Of a stretch of 31,688 bases of DNA, positions 24,854 through 31,688 are shown piece by piece. The position numbers and the translations under genes are program-made. This DNA comes from an uncultured Ignavibacteriales bacterium (lineage in GTDB: Bacteria > Bacteroidota > Ignavibacteria > Tepidaquicellales > OLB5), in the NCBI GenBank assembly GCA_964597425.1, contig CAZQYL010000001.1:17721-49408 (forward strand). The letters are read 5' to 3'. Under the pieces are notes generated by a model. It did not search any database. It saw only the letters and a program-made list of their open reading frames with translations, and was not told the DNA's origin. Each line of letters opens with the position of its first letter. The first letter of the stretch is position 1.

Positions 24854-26710
24854 CTACTTTACCAATACCATTTTTTTCATTTCAGAAAAAACGCTGGAAG
24901 TCAGTTTGTAAAAATATATACCGCTGGAAAGTCTGCTGCCATCAAAATCCGCCTCATAACTGCCTGGCATTAGCTGTTCATTTACTAAAACCTGCACCTC
25001 TTTGCCCAAGGCATCATATACTGTTAAAACAGAAGATACCGGCCGGGACATATTTCCGCCCGCAGGAATACTGAACCTTATCTTTGTCACCGGATTGAAT
25101 GGATTTGGATAATTCTGATACAAACTGAAGTTACCGGGTATTTCACCGTTTACAGGATCAATGCCTGTAAAGCCGCTTCCAAAACTATATTTAAATGCCC
25201 TGTATGAAAAAACACCGTTGGAAAACGAAATTTCAAGCGCTTTTGAACCATCCGGTTTAACTTCAGTCAATGTCGGATTTGTTGATCCCCAGCTTATCAA
25301 AGTATTTCCGTTTTCAAGACGCTGGGCAAATCCCATAGCATTTCCATAAATTGCAGGAGTATTTTTATACTCCCAAACCATTGTGGCAATCTTATTTGTT
25401 TCATCAATCAGGTATTCAACTGCCCTTGAGACTTGTGGCGTATGATAATTTCCATTATCAAATAAAATGATATTCCCATTCATTAACCTGCGTATTCCGT
25501 GCTGGTGTGAAAACCTGAACAGATCATTCGGGAACTGGAATTCATTTTTTTTACCGCCCATCCTCCAAATAATATCACCTGTATTCCTGCTTATTTTCGT
25601 AATTTCATCAAGATGCCTTGATGAAAGAAGAATATTACCGTCATTATCAAGTTCAAGCGCATTACCATGAATGTAATCTATTTGCTCAGCAGTAAAATCT
25701 TCATGGGTAGCATCTAATATCGGAATATGATCCCAGCTTCTCCATTGGAAAACCACATTTTTGTTTTCATCTATTTCCTGCACTATTAGGCCGGTTACAA
25801 GCGCATTAGGGTTGCCGCCGGGGTAGAGCAATGACATATCTATAACCTGTTTATCATAGCTCATAAGCAATGCATGCCTGTTGGCCAGAACTCTCAACTC
25901 ATGAATATCGGTTAAGTACCCGTTCCCGGTATAGAAGCTATCAGTGATAATATAATTTGAATCAATTTCGAAGTACTTTCCCCTTACACGGCTGAAATAT
26001 GTGAATCTCCCGTTTGGCTGCATATTAAAATCAAATATCTGCCCTCCCATTTGCCTGGAAAAAACAACAGACGCGTCGTTATTCATTATGATAAGATGAG
26101 GAGTATTGGGTATCTGCACATTAAAAACAATATTACTCAGCAGCAGTTTTCCGGGAGCAGGGTTATTGGAGTAATTGACTGTTATAACCGGGAAAGCATC
26201 CGGCGAACGCGATGGGTCATTAAGATTTTTCAACTCCAGAGGTGAAACTTCATTACCAAAACCAAGAAGTGGTTCATCCGGCAACTGCTGTTTCTGGATA
26301 CGGAAAGTCTGGCTGAATGCTTCAATATTCTTTCCGTTTTTCTTTCTGATACCGCTTTGGAAATGAAGCGTAACAAGCTCATTATTACTGAACTCGATTG
26401 CGGGTTTAATGATGAAGAGATCTTCCTTTACTTCATAACTTAAGCTGAAATCATAAATTATGCCGTTACTGCCTGTAATTTCGATCAAGCGTTTGTTATT
26501 CAGCGAACCGGCATCAATATCAGATGTAAATCTGAATGCTATTGTGGTGTTATTCTTTACGTATTGAGCGTTCGGTTTAGGGTCAATATAAGAAAGTAAT
26601 TGGTCCCGGGAATCAGACTGTGAGCAAAAAAGAATCGATACAAGACTCCAAAACACTGAAAAACGTACAAACAAATCTTTCATAGATAAATCATTGTCTT
26701 TAAATACCAT
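24854..26710 (-). CDS. Aryl-sulfate sulfotransferase-like protein with N-terminal Ig-like domain and T9SS CTD
   Basis: Signal peptide; Ig-like segment (YIDPKPNAQYV..NTTIAFRF); ASST-type motifs DIHE, YIHGNA, SSRH, SHQH, FDNGN, LENGNTLISWG; CTD QNYPNPFNPVT...SSGIYFYKL...KKMVLVK. Confidence 0.85.
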   Translation of the reverse strand: MVFKDNDLSMKDLFVRFSVFWSLVSILFCSQSDSRDQLLSYIDPKPNAQYVKNNTTIAFRFTSDIDAGSLNNKRLIEITGSNGIIYDFSLSYEVKEDLFIIKPAIEFSNNELVTLHFQSGIRKKNGKNIEAFSQTFRIQKQQLPDEPLLGFGNEVSPLELKNLNDPSRSPDAFPVITVNYSNNPAPGKLLLSNIVFNVQIPNTPHLIIMNNDASVVFSRQMGGQIFDFNMQPNGRFTYFSRVRGKYFEIDSNYIITDSFYTGNGYLTDIHELRVLANRHALLMSYDKQVIDMSLLYPGGNPNALVTGLIVQEIDENKNVVFQWRSWDHIPILDATHEDFTAEQIDYIHGNALELDNDGNILLSSRHLDEITKISRNTGDIIWRMGGKKNEFQFPNDLFRFSHQHGIRRLMNGNIILFDNGNYHTPQVSRAVEYLIDETNKIATMVWEYKNTPAIYGNAMGFAQRLENGNTLISWGSTNPTLTEVKPDGSKALEISFSNGVFSYRAFKYSFGSGFTGIDPVNGEIPGNFSLYQNYPNPFNPVTKIRFSIPAGGNMSRPVSSVLTVYDALGKEVQVLVNEQLMPGSYEADFDGSRLSSGIYFYKLTSSVFSEMKKMVLVK

Positions 26711-26987
26711 AAGGCAATCTAGTTTTAAAAAGCGATTTTAACAACATAAATTATTAATGAATAGTTAATGTAAAAGGTTAATGAATATTATACAAGTATA
26801 ATCAAAAAAAATGAATAAACAGTACACGTAAAAGGTAGTATATGCAGTTTTATTTACCTAGCTAAATCATAATAAAAGAATTTGTAAGAAATTTCTTACT
26901 CAGTTTTAAAGTTTTCGGCAATAAAATTGCTCTTTTTTTCAATTACTGGTTATTTCACACCCAGGGTAAATTCGCTGAACGAAATAG

Positions 26988-28250
26988 CTACCTGACCAAA
27001 ACCATTTTTTTTGTTTCGGTGTAATCAAGCCCTGAGCTTTTGGAAGAATTGACTTCAAGCTTGTAAAAATATACACCACTAGAGATATTCACGGAATTAA
27101 ACTCTATGCTGTAAATACCAGGAAGTTTATAACCATCAAAAAGTGTTTTAACTTTTTTACCTGTTATATCATATAAAACAATACTGCATTTTCTGGAATA
27201 AACATTATGCTCTTCCGGAATTTCAAATTTTATAATAGTTGTACCATTAAATGGATTTGGGTAATTCTGCAAAAGATTGAATATTTCCGGTTTAAATGTG
27301 AATTGACCACCGCCGGACGTTGTCATTAATATTGAACCACCGGCTATCCAGCCAAAATCATTGGTTAAAAAAAACTGACTGTAGATTGTGATATCTAAAT
27401 TTTCGATGGCCCACTTTCTGCCTCCGTTTGTTGTTTTAATAATAAAGCCAACCCCTGAAACATATCCGGTATTTACATCTGTGAATTGAACAGTATACGG
27501 AGTATTATTATAAATACTATCCTGTTTAAACCATGTCACTCCGCCATCAGTTGTATTTAAAATAACACCTACATAGCGTATACCAAAACCTGTGGTCCAG
27601 CCAAGATCCTTATTAATAAAATATACTGAATGCAACTGATCAGATTCCTGGACATAGTTAGTTATCCATGTTACGCCTCCATTTGTTGTCTTTAAGATCC
27701 TTCCCGGAGAAAAACCACCTGAAACCCATATTGTATCTTTGTTAAGCGTATATATTGATGAAAGAAAATGCCCTTGGAATTTTTCTTCCCAGTTTAAACC
27801 GCTATTAGTTGTTTTAAGTATGCTCCATCCAGATGTGTTATTAACGCTTAAGACAAAGCCTGTATCAGCATCAAAAAAGTGCAATGAATAAAAAAGATAT
27901 TTGTCAAAGTCATAGTAAATTACATTCCAGTTGTATCCTCCATTGGTGGTTTTTCTGATGATACCATAAGAATAGTCAGCATTATCGCACAACCATCCTG
28001 TAAACGCGTTTATAAAATATATAGATCCGTTTAAAGTGTAATAAGGATTATTCTTCAGAAGTACCCAATCGTTACCTTTATTTGTAGTTTTATACAATTT
28101 GCCATTATCACCTGCAGCCCACCCTGTATTGTTATCAATAAAATAGATTGATCTAATATACTCACTGGTATCACAGCATTGCTTTATCCATTGAGCCTGA
28201 GAAACCGGGATGAAATTAAAAATAATAAGTATAATTAATACGCGTGTCAT
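26988..28250 (-). CDS. YCF48-like (photosystem II assembly factor-like) beta-propeller protein with T9SS CTD
   Basis: Signal peptide; about seven repeats of F...TGW..G..G.I.KTTNGG..W; CTD QNYPNPFNGTT...SSGVYFYKL...KKMVLVR. Confidence 0.87.
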   Translation of the reverse strand: MTRVLIILIIFNFIPVSQAQWIKQCCDTSEYIRSIYFIDNNTGWAAGDNGKLYKTTNKGNDWVLLKNNPYYTLNGSIYFINAFTGWLCDNADYSYGIIRKTTNGGYNWNVIYYDFDKYLFYSLHFFDADTGFVLSVNNTSGWSILKTTNSGLNWEEKFQGHFLSSIYTLNKDTIWVSGGFSPGRILKTTNGGVTWITNYVQESDQLHSVYFINKDLGWTTGFGIRYVGVILNTTDGGVTWFKQDSIYNNTPYTVQFTDVNTGYVSGVGFIIKTTNGGRKWAIENLDITIYSQFFLTNDFGWIAGGSILMTTSGGGQFTFKPEIFNLLQNYPNPFNGTTIIKFEIPEEHNVYSRKCSIVLYDITGKKVKTLFDGYKLPGIYSIEFNSVNISSGVYFYKLEVNSSKSSGLDYTETKKMVLVR

Positions 28251-28255
28251 ATCAT

Positions 28256-29197
28256 TTATTTTACCAAAACCATTTTTTTTGTTTCGGTGAAATTTCCTAT
28301 GGCAAATCCGTCGTAACGGACTTCCAGCCTATAATAATACACACCACTTGGATAAGCTGATGCGTCCCAGTCAGCTTCATAAGTACCCGGCTGCAGCTGC
28401 TGATTGACAAGTACAACAATTTCTCTGCCTAGAGCATCATAAATTGTTATCTGTATTAACGCACCTCTCCCATCAGTCACCCCACTCAAGAGGGGGATTT
28501 GGAATTTGATTTTCGTTACCGGGTTAAACGGGTTTGGATAGTTTTGGGATAACTCATAATGCACCGGAATCTCGGTGCTGCTGGGTGTAACTCCCACCAA
28601 TGATGTATCGCCGTACATTACTCCATTAATAATGCACCCTATCAGTGTATTATATGATTGGTTAGTATGTGCGAAGGAATACTCATAAGTAAACCCGAAA
28701 TCCCTGGTCAGTTCCCTTGTTGCGCCCGCTTCAAAGTAGTTAGACCAGCTGTATTTTTTTGTTTTTCTGGGACTCCCAAAAAGTGATTTTGTAATTGTAT
28801 CAGCCCGGTAATAATATACACAGCTAACCAAAGATGAATCCCCTTTACGGGCACCCAGGCTATCAGCGGTTTCTTCATTCTGCAGCCAGAGGCAGCCTGA
28901 GTTCGAGCTGTATACTAAAACATTATTCTTCACTGAGTCAATTCTTCGGTATGAAACTTCTTCAGCAAACCCTATCCTGTAATAAGTGAATACATAATAC
29001 AGGTGACCGTTTGTAACGATTGTACCGGTTATCTTTTCCCTGTATCTGTATGCAGGGCCATTTGTGGCAAAATGACTGTAGGTCCATGTATTGCCAACAG
29101 CCAAAGGATAGTATTTTGCAGCAGCGGTATCCAATGAATATAAATTGTTATAAATTCCGCCTGCAATAACCATTAATAAAACAATCAGAGTCTTCAT
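28256..29197 (-). CDS. Secreted protein of unknown function with T9SS CTD
   Basis: Signal peptide; about 180-aa beta-rich domain starting YYPLAVGNTWTY; CTD QNYPNPFNPVT...PSGVYYYRL...KKMVLVK. Confidence 0.85.
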   Translation of the reverse strand: MKTLIVLLMVIAGGIYNNLYSLDTAAAKYYPLAVGNTWTYSHFATNGPAYRYREKITGTIVTNGHLYYVFTYYRIGFAEEVSYRRIDSVKNNVLVYSSNSGCLWLQNEETADSLGARKGDSSLVSCVYYYRADTITKSLFGSPRKTKKYSWSNYFEAGATRELTRDFGFTYEYSFAHTNQSYNTLIGCIINGVMYGDTSLVGVTPSSTEIPVHYELSQNYPNPFNPVTKIKFQIPLLSGVTDGRGALIQITIYDALGREIVVLVNQQLQPGTYEADWDASAYPSGVYYYRLEVRYDGFAIGNFTETKKMVLVK

Positions 29198-29210
29198 TTT
29201 GGATAATATT

Positions 29211-30467
29211 TTATTTTATCAATACCATTTTTCTTGTTTCAGTAAAAACATCTTTCGAATAGTCAGATCTAAGGACTTGAAGCCTGTAAAAATAAACACC
29301 GCCAGGATATGCTGATGCATCCCAGTCAGTTTCATAAATTCCCGGCTGCATCTGCTGATCAAGAATAACAGCAACTTCACTTCCAAGAGCATCATAAATT
29401 GTCATTTTCACCAATCCGGGATCGGCGATGCTGAATCTGAAATGAGTTTCGGGATTAAACGGATTGGGATAGTTTTGCGAAAGTGAATAAGCCCCGGGAA
29501 CCGTATTGCCAATACCAGAGACAAAAGTTATTCCTGAAGATGTGGTTTTCATTATCAATCCATTCTCGCCCGCTGCCCAGCCTGTTTGGTCATTTACAAA
29601 TTGTATTGCGTTCAGATGTACATTATTTGGAGTGTAATTCTGCAGCCAGTTATTTCCGGCATTGGTGGTTTTGTAGATCGTACCGTTTTCTCCTGCACTC
29701 CAGCCGGATCTTGAATTACTGAAATAAAGTGAATTCTGAAAACTGCTAACCTGCCTTTGACTCCAAGCATTACCGTTATAGCTGCAAATATAATTCAGGT
29801 TTCCTGTCTTTAGTGAATAGTAACCTGTATCAGCACTCACAAACAAAAGGTCACCTGTTCTTCCTGCCCCCGCAGAAGTTGTGACCTGGTAAAACAGACT
29901 CCATTGTGAGCCGCCATTTGTGGTTCTGTAAATATTGTGGTAGCTGGTACTTCCAATGATATTTGATACAGCAGCAAAGCCTGAATAGCTTTCCATACTG
30001 TACACACCGGGGGAGACACTTCCCAATGGATAGATCACTCCCCAAAGCAATCCACCATTGGTTGAACGTAAAATAGACCCGTTGGAGTACGATGCCATCA
30101 TATTATATTCGTTTGAGTACGAAAAATCCAGAACACCGCTTGTGCTGTTCAACTGGATCCAGTTGAAACCGCCATCGGTAGTTTTATAGATCCCATCATT
30201 ACTGAATACCATACCTGTTAAATGATCAAAAAATTTCACTCTTTTGATATCTGCAGTGAAAGTATATAGAACACTCCATGAATTGCCGCCATTTCCTGTT
30301 TTAAGGAACACACCGCCGTTACAGCCTGCAAAACCCAAATTGTAATTCAGGAAATAAATAGTGTTAACAGTCTGCGAAGTACCGGAATTCTGAACAAACC
30401 ATCCCGGCTGTGAATAAGAGCAGGCCGTAAAAAATGCAAGTAAGATTAAGATTTTGAATGTTTTCAT
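29211..30467 (-). CDS. YCF48-like beta-propeller protein with T9SS CTD
   Basis: Signal peptide; repeats (KTGNGGNSW, KTTDGGFNW, RSTNGGLLW, RTTNGGSQW, KTTNAGNNW); CTD QNYPNPFNPET...KMVLIK. Confidence 0.87.
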   Translation of the reverse strand: MKTFKILILLAFFTACSYSQPGWFVQNSGTSQTVNTIYFLNYNLGFAGCNGGVFLKTGNGGNSWSVLYTFTADIKRVKFFDHLTGMVFSNDGIYKTTDGGFNWIQLNSTSGVLDFSYSNEYNMMASYSNGSILRSTNGGLLWGVIYPLGSVSPGVYSMESYSGFAAVSNIIGSTSYHNIYRTTNGGSQWSLFYQVTTSAGAGRTGDLLFVSADTGYYSLKTGNLNYICSYNGNAWSQRQVSSFQNSLYFSNSRSGWSAGENGTIYKTTNAGNNWLQNYTPNNVHLNAIQFVNDQTGWAAGENGLIMKTTSSGITFVSGIGNTVPGAYSLSQNYPNPFNPETHFRFSIADPGLVKMTIYDALGSEVAVILDQQMQPGIYETDWDASAYPGGVYFYRLQVLRSDYSKDVFTETRKMVLIK

Positions 30468-30497
30468 TTCATTTAAATATTAAAGTTTTTAAAAGAA

Positions 30498-31688
30498 TCA
30501 TTTCAGTAAAACCATTTTTCTTGTTTCTGTATATGAACCCGATTCAAGCCTGTAATAATAAACGCCGCTCGGATATTCAGATGCATACCAGTAAGTCTCA
30601 TAACTGCCGGGCAGCAGATGCTTATTCTCGAGCACCTGCGCTTCTTTGCCAAGAGCATTATAAACTACCAAACGCGTCAATACTTCAGACTCACCGTTTG
30701 AGAGGGGAATTTGAAATTTGATTTTTGTAACAGGATTAAACGGGTTTGGATAGTTTTGCGATAATGAAAAACCTTCTGCGATGGTTCTGTTGTTGTTAAC
30801 ACTGATTGGATCAAGGGTCTTTAAAACATACAACCCGTCATAAATATCAGATGCAATAATCTTACCCGATCTGAAACAATAAACCTGCCAGCAGGCAGTG
30901 GTTTTTAATGAGGCTATTTCCACTGGGTAAACAGGGTCAGTTATATCCAGAACTATCGCGCCTTCTCCGTAATAAGAAAGAAATGCGTAATTGCCGAATA
31001 TTTCTATATTATGGACAGATTCTGTAGAACCGTTAACCTTCCATTCATTGGCATATATGATATCTCTTTTATCAGAGATATTCCAGATCTTCAGTCTGCC
31101 CGGATTATTAAAATTTTCATCGCACACATAAAGATATTTATGGTCATCCGTAAGAGCGCAGTTATGCGGAACCGGATACTGCCCGTTTATCCAGGATGTT
31201 ATTGTGAATAAATTATTTTTATCAACTGCATCTATGATACTAACCTTACCTGTTAAAGGATTGCAGGCCCAAATTGTATCATTAACTACGCGGCAATCGT
31301 GTACATAGTCAGATTCCCATTCACCCAATTTAACCGGTCGTTCCGGATCAGCGCCGGCATCAAGTACAACTATTCCCCCTTCGCGGTAATTGCCGCCGTT
31401 TACATACAGATACCTTCCGTTTTGCGATATAGTATGCGCTCTTCTGAATCCATCAAATGAATAAGTATTAACCAGATCAACAGTATTAGGCAGCCTGGTC
31501 AGATCAATTATTTGTATACCGCTGCTGTCGGCTTCTGATACGATATACAGATAATTTTTGTAAACTTTCATTTCACGCCAGCCGCTGTACCTGCCCGGCA
31601 GAAAAACCACTTCGCGGATATTATTTTCATCGGTAATATCAATAAATGATGTACCTTCATACCAGCCGAAAACGGCATATTCCCTTCC
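30498..31688 (-). CDS. Choice-of-anchor B / LVIVD-repeat protein with T9SS CTD, 5'-truncated by the window end
   Basis: The frame stays open from 31610 to the window end (my translation GREYAVFGWYEGTSFIDITDENNIRE, then VVFLPGRYSGWREMKVY); AHTI, YVHD, PHN and SVHN His motifs; CTD QNYPNPFNPVT...RKMVLLK. Confidence 0.87.
   Translation of the reverse strand, partial: GREYAVFGWYEGTSFIDITDENNIREVVFLPGRYSGWREMKVYKNYLYIVSEADSSGIQIIDLTRLPNTVDLVNTYSFDGFRRAHTISQNGRYLYVNGGNYREGGIVVLDAGADPERPVKLGEWESDYVHDCRVVNDTIWACNPLTGKVSIIDAVDKNNLFTITSWINGQYPVPHNCALTDDHKYLYVCDENFNNPGRLKIWNISDKRDIIYANEWKVNGSTESVHNIEIFGNYAFLSYYGEGAIVLDITDPVYPVEIASLKTTACWQVYCFRSGKIIASDIYDGLYVLKTLDPISVNNNRTIAEGFSLSQNYPNPFNPVTKIKFQIPLSNGESEVLTRLVVYNALGKEAQVLENKHLLPGSYETYWYASEYPSGVYYYRLESGSYTETRKMVLLK

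Noticed and set aside
26711-26987. Hidden small gene or structured RNA in the 277-bp intergenic gap
   Set aside because: Very AT-rich, with no ORF in the track and no convincing stem. It looks like ordinary promoter/UTR DNA.
31608-31610. GTG at 31610 as the start of the last gene
   Set aside because: The frame is open to the window end with family-typical sequence and no signal peptide yet, so the true start lies outside the window.

Overview
AT-rich bacterial chromosomal segment. It is most likely from an Ignavibacteria-like (Bacteroidota/Chlorobiota group) organism; this is inferred from six NYPNPFNP-type T9SS sorting domains and mostly A-rich ribosome-binding regions without a Shine-Dalgarno sequence. 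Order along the window: three tandem BNR/Asp-box sialidase-like paralogs, dnaX, agmatinase (speB), tRNA-Ser(GCT) followed by three degenerate tRNA-derived copies, a two-domain retropepsin-like protease, an AraC regulator, a small hypothetical protein, a ~10.7 kb signalling cluster (three multi-PAS histidine kinases and two response regulators, interrupted by pepP), tRNA-Thr(TGT), rdgB, a heterodimeric ABC exporter pair, and five consecutive T9SS cargo genes, the last cut by the window end. I saw no integrase, transposase, cas gene or CRISPR array. The most unusual signals are: (1) the tRNA-Ser downstream array, in which every copy has a near-identical 39-bp hairpin-rich insert at the centre of the T-loop palindrome TTC^GAA; (2) in-frame, partly palindromic insertions at two loops of the T9SS C-terminal domains, exactly +7 aa in three adjacent genes; (3) a recurrent TAnnTTTG box oriented toward eight genes, two of which may be leaderless.
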